Source: Myxococcota bacterium (GTDB taxonomy: Bacteria > Myxococcota_A > UBA9160 > UBA6930). From it: a stretch of 64,000 nt of DNA. The first letter of the stretch is position 1, and each line of letters starts with the position of its first letter. Location: assembly GCA_965223415.1 (NCBI GenBank), contig OZ245002.1, positions 4,064,001-4,128,000 on the forward strand, in the 5' to 3' direction. This document shows, piece after piece, positions 40,434-50,476 of the stretch. Position numbers and translations under genes: made by a program. The notes under the pieces were generated by a model that had not been told where the DNA came from, ran no database searches, and worked only from the letters and a program-made list of their open reading frames with translations.

Positions 40434-40703
40434 ATGGCGGGGCGTACGGCCAAGCGGGCCGCGGACACCACGGAGGGCCTCGATTTCGAGGGGGCCCTGG
40501 CCCGGCTCGAGGAGATCGTCGAGAGCCTCGAGGGGGGCGAGCTGGGCCTCGAGGCGGCGCTGGCGGCCTTCGAGGAAGGCGTGGCGCTCTCCCGGCGCTG
40601 CTCGACCCAGCTCGACGATGCGGAGCGCCGCATCGAGGTGCTGGTCGGCGACGGCGAGGAGCTTCGCACCGAGCCCTTCGACGCGGACGAGGCCGACGCG
40701 TGA
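40434..40703 (+). CDS. xseB: Exodeoxyribonuclease VII small subunit
   Basis: [23 protein letters not shown]...FEEG. Confidence 0.93.
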   Translation: MAGRTAKRAADTTEGLDFEGALARLEEIVESLEGGELGLEAALAAFEEGVALSRRCSTQLDDAERRIEVLVGDGEELRTEPFDADEADA

Positions 40704-41542
40704 CGCCCGAGGCCTTCCTCGAGGCGACGAAGCAACGGCTGGATCCGTTCCTGGACGGGGCGCTCCCGCCCGCCGACGCGCCCCCGGCGGCCCTCCATGC
40801 GGCGATGCGGCACCTGCTCTTCCCTGGCGGCAAGCGGCTGCGCCCCGGTCTCGCCGTCGCGGCCTGCGAGGCGTTCGGCGGCACGGCGAGCCAGGCCTTG
40901 CCCGCGGCCGCGGCGGCGGAGCTCCTGCACACCTACTCCCTGGTGCACGACGATCTGCCCTGCATGGACGACGACGACGAGCGCCGTGGCCGGCCCACGG
41001 TGCACGTGGCCTTCGGCGAGTCGACGGCGCTGCTGGCCGGCGACGCCCTCCAGGCCCAGGCCTTCGGCGTTCTTGCAGCGGCCCCGGCGCCCGCCCAGGT
41101 GGTGCTGGCGGCGACGCGGGATCTCGCCCATGCGGCGGGCTCCCAGGAGCTGGTCGGCGGCCAGGTGGACGACCTGGCCTTCACGCCCGGCGGCGCCGAC
41201 GAGGAGGCCCGGGTCGAGGCCGTGCACCTGCGCAAGTCCGCGGCGTTGATCGCGGCCTCCATCACGATGGGTGCCCGCTTCGGCGGCGCCGGGGAGGCAT
41301 GGCAGGGCCGCTTGCACAAGTTCGGCCCGGAGCTGGGCATCGCGTTTCAAATCGCCGACGATCTGCTGGATGCGGAGGACGGCGACGAACCCTGCTCGCT
41401 GGTGCGGGTTCTGGGTCCAGAGCGGGCGGGCGAGCGAGCCGAGTCCCTGCTGGACGGGGCCCTCGGCCGGATCGCGGAGCTCGGCCCGGAAGCCGAGCCC
41501 CTGAGAATGCTCGCACGCTATGCCGTGCGAAGGGATCGATGA
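40700..41542 (+). CDS. ispA: Polyprenyl (farnesyl) diphosphate synthase
   Basis: [39 protein letters not shown] and FQIADDLLD. Confidence 0.9.
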   Translation: MTPEAFLEATKQRLDPFLDGALPPADAPPAALHAAMRHLLFPGGKRLRPGLAVAACEAFGGTASQALPAAAAAELLHTYSLVHDDLPCMDDDDERRGRPTVHVAFGESTALLAGDALQAQAFGVLAAAPAPAQVVLAATRDLAHAAGSQELVGGQVDDLAFTPGGADEEARVEAVHLRKSAALIAASITMGARFGGAGEAWQGRLHKFGPELGIAFQIADDLLDAEDGDEPCSLVRVLGPERAGERAESLLDGALGRIAELGPEAEPLRMLARYAVRRDR

Positions 41543-41571
41543 GGCACCGGGCTCCTGGTGCGGAGGAATCG

Positions 41572-43476
41572 ATGAGCGAAGAGCGGAAGCTGCTGGACGG
41601 GATCGAGACGCCGGAGGATCTGCGCGCGCTCTCCCGCGAGCAGGTCGCCCAGGTGGCGCGGGAGCTGCGCGAGGAGATCGTGCACAACGTCTCTCGCACG
41701 GGAGGACACCTGGCGAGCAGCCTCGGCGCCGTCGAGCTGCTGACCGGCATCCACTACGCCTTCGAGACCCCCCAGGACCGGCTCGTCCTCGACGTCGGCC
41801 ACCAGGGCTACGCCCACAAGATGCTCACGGGCCGGCGGGCCGGCTTCGCGAAGATCGGCAAGGAAGAGGGCATCGGGAAGTTCCTGCGCCGGGCCGAGTC
41901 GCCCTTCGACCACTTCGGCGCGGGCCACGCGGGCACCTCGATCTCCGCCGCCCTCGGCATGGCGCGCGCCTTCGAGCACCAGGGCAAGGACCACTGCGCG
42001 ATCGCGCTCATCGGCGACGGCGGGATGACCGCCGGCATGGCCTTCGAGGCCCTGAACCACGCCGGGCACCTGACCCAGAAGAACCTGGTCGTCGTCCTCA
42101 ACGACAACGAGATGTCGATCTCGCCGAACGTCGGCGCCATGTCCTCCTATCTCTCCCGCAAGCTCTCCGCGCCCATGGTGCGGCGCATGAAGGGCTGGGC
42201 GAAGGAGTTCCTCACCTCCCTGCCCGGCGACATGCTGCACTGGGCCCAGAAGGCGGAGGAATCCCTCAAGGTCTTCTTCTCGCCGGGCCTGCTCTTCGAG
42301 GCGCTGGGCTTCAAGTACGTCGGACCGATCCAGGGCCACCGCATGGAGATCGTGCTCGAGACCTTCGAGAACGTGAAGGCCATGCTGGCCGCGGGCGACG
42401 GCCCGATCCTGGTCCACGCGCTCACCGCAAAGGGCTACGGCTACGAGCCGGCCCAACAGGATCCCTTCAAGTATCACGGCGTCGGCGCCTTCGACGTGGA
42501 GAGCGGCAAGTTCGCGCCGTCGAAGCCCGGCCCGCCGAAGTACCAGAAGGTGTTCGCCCAGACGTTGATCCGCCTGGCGAAGGAGGACGAACGCATCGTC
42601 GGCATCACGGCGGCGATGGCCGACGGCACGAGCCTCGACCTGTTCAAGAAGGAGTTCCCGAAGCGCTTCTACGACGTGGGCATCGCCGAGCAGCACGCGG
42701 TCACCTTCGCCGCGGGCCTGGCCAGCGAGGGCATGAAGCCGGTGGCCGCGATCTACTCGACCTTCCTCCAGCGCGCCTACGACCAGGTCGTGCACGACGT
42801 GTGTCTGCAGAACCTGGACGTGACGCTGGCCATGGACCGGGCCGGCCTGGTCGGCGCCGACGGCGCCACCCACCAGGGCATGTTCGACATCGCCTACCTG
42901 CGCACGCTGCCCAACATCCTGTGCATGGCGCCGAAGGACGAGAACGAGCTCCAGCACATGCTGCGCACGGCCGTCGAGTACGACGGCCCGGCGGCCATCC
43001 GCTACCCGCGCGGGAGCGGCTTCGGCGTGCCGATGGACCCGGAGATCAAGGCCCTGCCGATCGGCGAGAGCGAGCTGCTCCGCGACGGCAGCGACGCGGT
43101 GATCGTGGCCTACGGAACCCTCGTGCACGACGCCGAGGAGGCGGCCGCCGAGCTCGCCGCCGACGGCATCTCCGTGGCCCTCGTGAACGCGCGCTTCGCC
43201 AAGCCCCTCGATGCCGAGCGCATCGTCGCCCTGGCGGCGCGCACCGGCGCCGTCGTGACGGTGGAGGAGCACGTGGGCGTGGGCGGCTTCGGGAGCGCGG
43301 TGCTCGAGGCCCTCTCCGCCGCCGGCGTCGAGCCCCACACCCGCTGCCTGGCGCTCCCGGACCGACCCATCGAGCACGGCAGCGCCGAGGCCCAGAAGGC
43401 GGAGATCGGCCTCTCGGCGGACGGGATCGCGGCGGCGGTGCGGGAGCTGCTCGGAAGGGGCGGAGGCGTTTCCTGA
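41572..43476 (+). CDS. dxs: 1-deoxy-D-xylulose-5-phosphate synthase
   Basis: GGHLASSLG, DVGHQ, GDGGMTAG, NDNEMSI, IAEQHAV, DGATHQ and IRYPRG. Confidence 0.96.
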   Translation: MSEERKLLDGIETPEDLRALSREQVAQVARELREEIVHNVSRTGGHLASSLGAVELLTGIHYAFETPQDRLVLDVGHQGYAHKMLTGRRAGFAKIGKEEGIGKFLRRAESPFDHFGAGHAGTSISAALGMARAFEHQGKDHCAIALIGDGGMTAGMAFEALNHAGHLTQKNLVVVLNDNEMSISPNVGAMSSYLSRKLSAPMVRRMKGWAKEFLTSLPGDMLHWAQKAEESLKVFFSPGLLFEALGFKYVGPIQGHRMEIVLETFENVKAMLAAGDGPILVHALTAKGYGYEPAQQDPFKYHGVGAFDVESGKFAPSKPGPPKYQKVFAQTLIRLAKEDERIVGITAAMADGTSLDLFKKEFPKRFYDVGIAEQHAVTFAAGLASEGMKPVAAIYSTFLQRAYDQVVHDVCLQNLDVTLAMDRAGLVGADGATHQGMFDIAYLRTLPNILCMAPKDENELQHMLRTAVEYDGPAAIRYPRGSGFGVPMDPEIKALPIGESELLRDGSDAVIVAYGTLVHDAEEAAAELAADGISVALVNARFAKPLDAERIVALAARTGAVVTVEEHVGVGGFGSAVLEALSAAGVEPHTRCLALPDRPIEHGSAEAQKAEIGLSADGIAAAVRELLGRGGGVS

Positions 43477-44219
43477 GCCGCTGCCCCCGGCTCGACGAGC
43501 GTGTTCACGGCGAGGGGCTCGCCCCCTCGCGAACCGCCGCCCAGGCCCTCATCCGCGCCGGCAAGGTGCTCGTCGACGACGTTCCCGTCGACAAGCCCGG
43601 CACCCGCGTCTCCCCCGACGCCGCCCTGCGCGTCCGTGGCGCGGCCCGGCGCTTCGTCTCCCGCGGCGGCGAGAAGCTGGCGGGGGCCCTCGACGACCTC
43701 GGCCTCGATCCCTCCGGCCTCACCTGTCTCGACCTCGGCGCCTCCACCGGCGGCTTCACCGACTGCCTGCTCCAGCGCGGCGCGCGCGCGGTGGTGGCCG
43801 TCGACGTGGGCTACGGGCAGCTCGACCTGAAGCTGCGCGGGGATCCGCGGGTGCGGGTGCTCGAGCGGACGAACGCGCGGCACCTGCGCCCCGAGGACGT
43901 GCCCGAGCGCTTCGACCTGGTGACGATCGACGTGTCGTTCATCTCGTCGACCCTGCTGCTTCAGCGGCTGCCAGAGCTGGCGCCCGCCGCCGAGGTGTTG
44001 GTGATGGTGAAGCCGCAGTTCGAGCTGACGAGGGAGCAGGTGGGGAAGGGCGGGGTGGTTCGGGACGAGACGCTTCGGGCGGAGGCGGTGGCGCGGGTGC
44101 GCGAGGCCGCCCGCGAGCTCGGCTACCGGGTGGTCGGCGAGGCGGAGAGCCGGCTGGCGGGGCCGAAGGGGAATCGGGAGGTGTTTCTCCGGCTGCGCCT
44201 TCCCGCGGGGTCGGCCTGA
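43473..44219 (+). CDS. tlyA: TlyA family rRNA 2'-O-methyltransferase
   Basis: S4 domain (RLD...SR), FVSRGGEKL, DLGASTGGFTD, DVSFIS, KPQFE and GPKGNRE. Start uncertain (CTG 43473). Confidence 0.92.
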   Translation: MSRCPRLDERVHGEGLAPSRTAAQALIRAGKVLVDDVPVDKPGTRVSPDAALRVRGAARRFVSRGGEKLAGALDDLGLDPSGLTCLDLGASTGGFTDCLLQRGARAVVAVDVGYGQLDLKLRGDPRVRVLERTNARHLRPEDVPERFDLVTIDVSFISSTLLLQRLPELAPAAEVLVMVKPQFELTREQVGKGGVVRDETLRAEAVARVREAARELGYRVVGEAESRLAGPKGNREVFLRLRLPAGSA

Positions 44220-44274
44220 CCCGGAGCCCGGAGCGGCGCGGATCCCACGATGCCGAGCGCTGCCGTGGCTCGGC

Positions 44275-44290
44275 TGTGAACGAGTTCACA
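44275..44290. promoter_or_regulatory. Perfect CRP-family operator TGTGA-N6-TCACA
   Basis: TGTGA-ACGAGT-TCACA, 111 nt upstream of ATG 44402. Confidence 0.55.
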
Positions 44291-44401
44291 CACCCCGTCG
44301 GCGGTCGGGCGGCACCCTGGGGTCGCAACTCACTCCCCTCGCACGTCGGGCGGGTGCCGAGGTCGGCCGCCCGTTCCGCACGTGCAGAAAGAGGAATCCC
44401 C

Positions 44402-46240
44402 ATGGCACGACTCAGCCCCGGGAAGGAGCGTCTGATCAAGGACGCCCAGGACCTGACGCCCGACATCTACCGCCGCCACGTGGCGCACAGGGCCCGCAAG
44501 ATCCTCACGGATCGACACATCGACATCCAGTCGGCGGACGATCTCGCCGACATCGAGAACGCCATCGCGGCGCACTTCGAGAAGATCGACCAGGGGGCGG
44601 ACTTCCTCCCCGCGAGCTTCCTCCGCGAAGGCGCTGCTCGCGCGGATGCCGTGTGCCGGATCTCCACCGGCACGTCCCTGGGGACGGGCTTCCTGGTCGC
44701 ACCGGGGATCCTGATGACCAACAACCACGTGCTCTCCACCGCGGAAGACGCTGAGGACAGCGTGGCCGAGTTCCAGTTCGAGAGGGGCCGGGCTCCGATC
44801 GTCGTTCCGATCCGCCCGGCAGCGCTCTTCGTGACCCACGAGGCGCTCGACTTCACGATCGTGGCCTGCGACACGTCGGGCATCGAGGGCGTCACCCCGG
44901 TGCCCCTTCTCCGCAACCCGGCGACGGTCGCGCCCAACGAGCGGGTGAGCATCATCCAGCATCCGCGGGGCCGGCCGAAGGAGGTGGCGCTCCACAACAA
45001 CCCGGTGACGCAGCTTCGGGACAAGGTCGTGCACTACCGCACCGACACGGAGCCCGGATCCTCCGGGTCGCCAGTGTTCAACAACGCCTGGGATCTCGTG
45101 GCGCTCCATCACGCGGGCTGGATCGACGCCGGCCGGGCGACCAACGAGGGCGTCCGGATCTCGGCGATCGTCGCTCACCTGCTCGGCGAGGTCGCCCGGG
45201 GCGAAGCGAAGCAGGAAGCCCTGCGGCCCGTTCTCGAGTCCATCCGGGGCACCTCTCCCTTCCTGGGGATCTTCGATCTCTACGGGCTGGGAGAGGACAC
45301 GCGCGAGGTCCAGGTCGATCACTTCGCGGGAACGCCGGACTTCGCCGACATCGGCGTCTGGAACATCGAGCACTTCAATGCGAGTGTCAGCAACGATCGG
45401 GTCGACCGCGTGGCCGATGTCGTGGCCGAGCTCTCCATGGACGTCCTCGGCCTCACGGAGGTGCAGGACGAGGCGATGGACCGGCTCGTCACCCGACTGA
45501 GCGATCGCGGGATGGCGGCGGACTACCAGCTGCTGAACGTCGACGGGCGCCAGGATCTGGCGGTGCTCTACGACCGGGACACGACCCACGTGCGGCTGCG
45601 TCGCGACATCGCGCGCCGCCACGCGAGCCGGCTCGGTGCCGAGACCCCGACGGGGCGGACGGCCTTCCCCCGCGCGCCGCTCTTCGCGGATTGCACCGTC
45701 GGCAACGGGGACGGCGAGGTGCGCTTCATCAAGATCCTCGTGCATCTGAAGGCGTTCGGAGATGCCCAGAGCCGGGCGAGGCGCCGCCTCGCTGCGGAGA
45801 AGCTCGCCGAGATCATCGACGACATCCGGGATCGGGAAGGTCTCCCCGTGGTCCTTGGCGGCGACTTCAACGAGCGGATCGACACTGACGTGCTCTCGGC
45901 GGTGACCGGCTCGCCGGACCTTTTCGCCATGACCAGCGACGACGCCAACACCGACGCCATCTCCTACGTCGGCGACTCGCATCGGTCGCTGATCGACCAC
46001 GTGCTCGTCACCCGCGACGTCGCGCTCGGGGACATCCACGGCGACGACGCGGCCATCGTGCGACTCGATCGGACCGTCCGCGACTTCGCCAGTCGCGTCT
46101 CGGATCACGTTCCGGTCGTGTTCCGCATGGTCCTGCGAGACCAGCCCGTCGACGTCGACGAGGTGCCGACGCTTGGAGACGGCCTCCTGGCACCGGTTCC
46201 GGAAGGCGCCTCACGCCTTCGGCTCGCGTTCGAGGACTAG
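44402..46240 (+). CDS. Trypsin-like serine protease fused to an endonuclease/exonuclease/phosphatase (EEP) domain
   Basis: Protease motifs GTGFL, TNNHV, LDFT, IIQHP and GSSGSPV. EEP motifs WNIEHF, LTEVQ, HLKA, GDFNE, IDHV and SDHVPV. SD AGAGGA. Confidence 0.88.
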   Translation: MARLSPGKERLIKDAQDLTPDIYRRHVAHRARKILTDRHIDIQSADDLADIENAIAAHFEKIDQGADFLPASFLREGAARADAVCRISTGTSLGTGFLVAPGILMTNNHVLSTAEDAEDSVAEFQFERGRAPIVVPIRPAALFVTHEALDFTIVACDTSGIEGVTPVPLLRNPATVAPNERVSIIQHPRGRPKEVALHNNPVTQLRDKVVHYRTDTEPGSSGSPVFNNAWDLVALHHAGWIDAGRATNEGVRISAIVAHLLGEVARGEAKQEALRPVLESIRGTSPFLGIFDLYGLGEDTREVQVDHFAGTPDFADIGVWNIEHFNASVSNDRVDRVADVVAELSMDVLGLTEVQDEAMDRLVTRLSDRGMAADYQLLNVDGRQDLAVLYDRDTTHVRLRRDIARRHASRLGAETPTGRTAFPRAPLFADCTVGNGDGEVRFIKILVHLKAFGDAQSRARRRLAAEKLAEIIDDIRDREGLPVVLGGDFNERIDTDVLSAVTGSPDLFAMTSDDANTDAISYVGDSHRSLIDHVLVTRDVALGDIHGDDAAIVRLDRTVRDFASRVSDHVPVVFRMVLRDQPVDVDEVPTLGDGLLAPVPEGASRLRLAFED

Positions 46241-46325
46241 CGCCGGCGAGCAGCCCCGTGTTGCCGAACCGGCCCTTCCCCCCGCGGGGGATGCCTGCTG
46301 AGGGCAGGGCTTCCGTTCGTCCTCA

Positions 46326-46350
46326 ATCCAGCACCAAACTGGTCCGATAT
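46326..46350. promoter_or_regulatory. Possible IscR/Rrf2-type operator upstream of iscA-iscS
   Basis: 25-bp ATCCAGCACCAAACTGGTCCGATAT with a central ACCA-N3-TGGT dyad and AT ends. Confidence 0.35.
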
Positions 46351-46405
46351 CCTTGGTTCGCTAGCCTTTCCGCTCCCATCCGCCCCTCCGGAGGACAGCC
46401 CCGCC

Positions 46406-46738
46406 ATGGCCCTCGTCACGGTCACCGAAGCCGCCTCGACGCAGATCAAGCGGCTGCTCGATACCGAGGGGAAGACCGAGAGCCATGCCCTGCGCATGAA
46501 GGTGGTGGGGGGCGGCTGCTCCGGGCTCCAGTACCAGCTGGCCTTCGACGACCAGGACAAGGACGGGGACACCGAGATCGAGTCGAACGGCGTGCGAGTG
46601 GTGGTGGACGAGAAGAGCGCGCTCTACCTGATGGGCACGATCCTCGACTACGTCGACTCGCTGATGGAGTCGGGCTTCAAGATCGAGAATCCGAACGCCA
46701 AGACGACCTGCGGCTGCGGGCAGTCCTTCGGAGCCTGA
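46406..46738 (+). CDS. iscA: A-type Fe-S carrier (IscA/ErpA, HesB family)
   Basis: GGGCSGLQY and NPNAKTTCGCGQSF. Confidence 0.93.
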   Translation: MALVTVTEAASTQIKRLLDTEGKTESHALRMKVVGGGCSGLQYQLAFDDQDKDGDTEIESNGVRVVVDEKSALYLMGTILDYVDSLMESGFKIENPNAKTTCGCGQSFGA

Positions 46739-46750
46739 GGGCCTGGGCGC

Positions 46751-47959
46751 ATGAGCGGGGGCTCCCCGCCCGCGATCTATCTCGACCATCACGCCACCAC
46801 GCCGGTGGACCCCCGGGTGATGGAGGTGATGGCGCCGCTGTTCACCGAGGACTTCGGCAACGCGGCGAGCCACACCCACGTGTACGGCTGGCGGGCGGAA
46901 GGCGTGGTGGAGGTGGCGCGGGAGCGCATCGCCGAGGCGATCGGCGCCGGGGACCCGCGGACGATCGTCTTCACCAGCGGCGCCACCGAGAGCAACAACC
47001 TGGCGCTGCTCGGCGCCGTCGCGGCCTCCCGTGCCTCGCGACCCCACGTGGTCTCGGTGGCGACGGAGCATCCGTCGGTGCTGGACCCCTGCCGCGTGCT
47101 CGAGCAGCGCGGTGCGCGGCTGACGCTCCTGCCGGTCGACGGCGAGGGGCTCGTCGATCCGCAGGCGGTGGCGGATGCGATCGGCGACGACACGATCCTG
47201 GTCTCGGTGATGGCGGCCAACAACGAGATCGGCGTGCTCCAACCCACGACCGAGATCGGCGCCCTGTGCGCGGAGCGCGGCGTGCTCTTCCACTCCGACG
47301 CGGCCCAGGCGGTCGGCAAGATCCCCCTGGACGTGGACGACCAGGCCATCGACCTGCTCTCGGTCTCCGGTCACAAGCTCTACGGGCCGAAGGGCGTCGG
47401 CGTGCTCTACGTGCGCCGCCGCAAGGCGGGACGGCGGGTTCGCCTCGAGCCACTCCAGTACGGCGGTGGCCACGAGTGGGGGCTTCGGTCGGGCACCCTG
47501 CCGGTGCCGCTCATCGCCGGGCTGGCGCGGGCGGTGGAGCTGGCCCTGGCCGAGCGGGAGCAGGAGAGCGCGCGGCTGGGGAAGCTACGGGAGCGGCTCC
47601 TCGCGGGGCTTCGCGCCGGCGTTCCGGAAGTGGTCGTGAACGGCCATCCGACCCGCCGGCTCCCGGCCAACCTGAACGTGAGCCTGCCCGGCGCCCGGGC
47701 CGAGGCGCTGCTTCCCGCGCTCCACGACGTGGCGATCTCGAGCGGCTCCGCCTGCAGCTCGGCGCGGCCCGAGCCCAGCCACGTGCTGCAGGCCCTGGGG
47801 CTCGCGGAGGAGCGCATCGCCTGCTCCGTGCGCATCGGGCTGGGGCGCTTCACGACCGCCGAGGAGGTCGACCGCGCCGCGCGCCGCATCGCGGAGGAGG
47901 CCGGGAAGCTGCGGGAGGGCGCCGGGGGGTCCGGGGACCGGGCCCCCACGGTCCGCTAG
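46751..47959 (+). CDS. iscS: Cysteine desulfurase
   Basis: YLDHHATTP, FTSGATESNN, NNEIG, HSDAAQ, SGHKLYGPKG and SSGSAC. Confidence 0.93.
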   Translation: MSGGSPPAIYLDHHATTPVDPRVMEVMAPLFTEDFGNAASHTHVYGWRAEGVVEVARERIAEAIGAGDPRTIVFTSGATESNNLALLGAVAASRASRPHVVSVATEHPSVLDPCRVLEQRGARLTLLPVDGEGLVDPQAVADAIGDDTILVSVMAANNEIGVLQPTTEIGALCAERGVLFHSDAAQAVGKIPLDVDDQAIDLLSVSGHKLYGPKGVGVLYVRRRKAGRRVRLEPLQYGGGHEWGLRSGTLPVPLIAGLARAVELALAEREQESARLGKLRERLLAGLRAGVPEVVVNGHPTRRLPANLNVSLPGARAEALLPALHDVAISSGSACSSARPEPSHVLQALGLAEERIACSVRIGLGRFTTAEEVDRAARRIAEEAGKLREGAGGSGDRAPTVR

Positions 47960-48027
47960 GATCCCCCGTTTCCGACCCCCCGGAAGCGCCGGACCCCGAC
48001 GGCCGGCAGTGAGCGAGGAGACCGAGC

Positions 48028-48648
48028 ATGGCGGAGCAGAAGGCCACCAACATCACCTGGCACGGCGGCCACGTGGAGCGCAAGGACCGCGAGCAGGTGC
48101 TGGGCCAGCACGGCGCGACGATTTGGCTCACGGGTCTGTCCGGCTCCGGCAAGTCGACGGTGGCGGTGGCCGCCGAGGCGGAGCTGCTGAAGCGCGGCCG
48201 CCTCGCCTACGTGCTCGACGGCGACAACGTGCGCCACGGTCTGAACAAGAACCTGGGCTTCTCGCCGGAGGACCGGACGGAGAACATCCGCCGCATCGGC
48301 GAGGTGGCGAAGCTCTTCACCGACGCCGGGGTGATCGTGTTCACGTCGTTCATCTCGCCCTACCGCGCCGATCGGGACCAGGTGCGCGAGCTCTTCGAGC
48401 CCGGCGACTTCGTCGAGGTCTACGTCGAGGCCGACGTCGCCACCTGCGAGGAGCGCGACCCGAAGGGTCTCTACAAGAAGGCGCGCGCCGGTGAGATTCC
48501 GGAGTTCACGGGCATCTCCGCACCCTACGAGGAGCCGGAGAAGCCCGAGCTGGTGGTTCCCACCGCGGGTCGGACGGTCGAGGAGAGCGTGGCCCAGCTG
48601 GTGGGCTATCTCGAAGAGAAGGGCTACCTGGCCTCTCCACAGGGCTGA
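48028..48648 (+). CDS. cysC: Adenylyl-sulfate kinase
   Basis: [32 protein letters not shown] and FTGISAPYE. Confidence 0.96.
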   Translation: MAEQKATNITWHGGHVERKDREQVLGQHGATIWLTGLSGSGKSTVAVAAEAELLKRGRLAYVLDGDNVRHGLNKNLGFSPEDRTENIRRIGEVAKLFTDAGVIVFTSFISPYRADRDQVRELFEPGDFVEVYVEADVATCEERDPKGLYKKARAGEIPEFTGISAPYEEPEKPELVVPTAGRTVEESVAQLVGYLEEKGYLASPQG

Positions 48649-48697
48649 GGCGCCGCGGGCGCTCAGTCCGGCTGGGGGGCCGGCCGATGGGGCTTGG

Positions 48698-50476
48698 ATG
48701 AGCGAGCGGAGTCGCTGGAGGAAGCGCTTGGGTCGGGCGGGGCTCGCTGCGCTCGTCGCGGCGGCGACCGGCTGCACGCACCTGCCTGGGCTCCCGGCCC
48801 GTTCCGCCGATCCCGCGGTCGCCGCCGTGCCGACCGAGGGTCCGCCCGAGTTCCACGTGCTGGTGGCCCAGCGCCTCGAGGGCGAGGGCCGTGTCGAGGA
48901 TGCCCTGGCCGCCTACCAGCGCGCCCTCGCCGGCGACCCGGGCTCCGCCTATCTCCACCGGCGCATCGCCGAGCTGGCCGCCCGGGGCAACCAGCTCGAC
49001 CTGGCCCTCGAGCACGCCGAGCAGGCGCTGGCCCGGGAGCCCGACGACGAGGGCATCCGGCTCTTCCTCGGCACCCTCTACCGCTTCCGGCGCGATCCGG
49101 AGAACGCCGAGCGCGTGCTGCGCACCGAGTCCGGCGAGCCCACCAGCACCGAGTCCGCGGCGCTCCTCTACGGGATCCTGGCCGAGGGTGGCCGCCACGA
49201 CGACGCCCGGGAGGTCGCCCGCTGGATGGTCGACACGGTGCCCGAGGCCATGCGCTCCTTCCTGGCCCTGGCCGACGCGGAGACGCGGCTCGGCAACCCG
49301 GGCGAGGCGGAGGCGGTCCTGCGCCGCGGCCTGATCCAGCACCCGGCGGAGCTCAGCCTGTTCGGCGCCCTGGCCCGCCAGCGCCGCGAGCGCGACGACC
49401 GGGAAGGCGAGATCGCCATCTACCGCGAGCTGCTGGGCGAGCATCCCGGGCACCTGGCGACGCTCCTAGCGAAGGCCGACGCCGAGCTGGCCCTGGGCCG
49501 GTCCGGCGACGCCCGCACCACCCTGGAGCGGGTGGAGAAGGAGCATCCCCGCGACCTGCGCACGCTCCTGCGTCTCGGCTTCCTCGACTTCGAGGAGAAC
49601 GATTTCGAGGCCGCCGCCGGCCGCTTCCGCCGCGCCCTCGCCCTCCAGCCCCGCCAGCAGGAGGTGACCTACTTCCTCGGCGTCGCCCTGCGCCGACAGG
49701 GCGACGAGGATGGCGCCCGGGAGGCCCTCGCGCGGATCGGCCGCGACCACCCGCGCTTCGCCGACGCCCGCACCCAGCTGGCCAGCATGGCGGAGGACGA
49801 GGGCGACGTGGCGGCGGCCATCGCCTACGTGGACGAGGCCCGCGGCGCGGCGCCGAACCGCGCCCTGGATCTCTACCTGGGCAGTCTCCAGGCGAAGAGC
49901 GGCGACGTGGCCGGCGCGCTGGTCTTCCTGGAGTCCCTGCTCGACGCCAGCGACGCCGACGCGGACGTCCTCTACAACATCGGCATCATCCACGGCGAGG
50001 CCAGCAACACCGACGAAGCCGTGCGCACGATGAAGGCCGTGATCGGCATGGACCCGAACCACGCCGGGGCCCTGAACTACATCGGCTACACCTACGCCGA
50101 GCGCGGCGAGAACCTGGACGAGGCGGAGAAGCTGATCGAGCGCGCCCTCGAGCAGCGGCCGGACGACGGCTACATCACCGACAGCCTCGGCTGGGTCTAC
50201 TACATGCGCGCACGCCCGCTGGTGGAGGCCGGCCGGGCCGAGGACGCGCGCCGCCTGATCGAGCGGGCCCGGCAGGAGCTCCTGAAGGCGGCCCAGCTGA
50301 CCGGCGGCGATCCGGTCATCTCGGAGCACCTGGGCGACGTGCACCTGCTCGAGGGCGACCGGCGGGGCGCCCTCGAGCGCTACGAGGAGGCCTGGCGCCT
50401 CGGGCCGCGACCCACCGAGCAGCCCCATCTGACCGAGAAGCTCGAGCGCCTGCGCGAGGAGCTCGGAAGGCGGTGA
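48698..50476 (+). CDS. Tetratricopeptide-repeat lipoprotein
   Basis: Lipobox AATGC and multiple TPRs, including ALNYIGYTYA and YITDSLGWVYY. Confidence 0.88.
   Translation: MSERSRWRKRLGRAGLAALVAAATGCTHLPGLPARSADPAVAAVPTEGPPEFHVLVAQRLEGEGRVEDALAAYQRALAGDPGSAYLHRRIAELAARGNQLDLALEHAEQALAREPDDEGIRLFLGTLYRFRRDPENAERVLRTESGEPTSTESAALLYGILAEGGRHDDAREVARWMVDTVPEAMRSFLALADAETRLGNPGEAEAVLRRGLIQHPAELSLFGALARQRRERDDREGEIAIYRELLGEHPGHLATLLAKADAELALGRSGDARTTLERVEKEHPRDLRTLLRLGFLDFEENDFEAAAGRFRRALALQPRQQEVTYFLGVALRRQGDEDGAREALARIGRDHPRFADARTQLASMAEDEGDVAAAIAYVDEARGAAPNRALDLYLGSLQAKSGDVAGALVFLESLLDASDADADVLYNIGIIHGEASNTDEAVRTMKAVIGMDPNHAGALNYIGYTYAERGENLDEAEKLIERALEQRPDDGYITDSLGWVYYMRARPLVEAGRAEDARRLIERARQELLKAAQLTGGDPVISEHLGDVHLLEGDRRGALERYEEAWRLGPRPTEQPHLTEKLERLREELGRR

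Noticed and set aside
39919..43476. Apparent giant fusions in the ORF track (1185-aa dxs, 865-aa gltX, 1187-aa oppA, 899-aa tlyA, 774-aa znuA, 861-aa xseA)
   Set aside because: The N-terminal extensions are stop-free shadow frames over upstream genes. The real starts are internal and usually overlap or closely follow the preceding stop.
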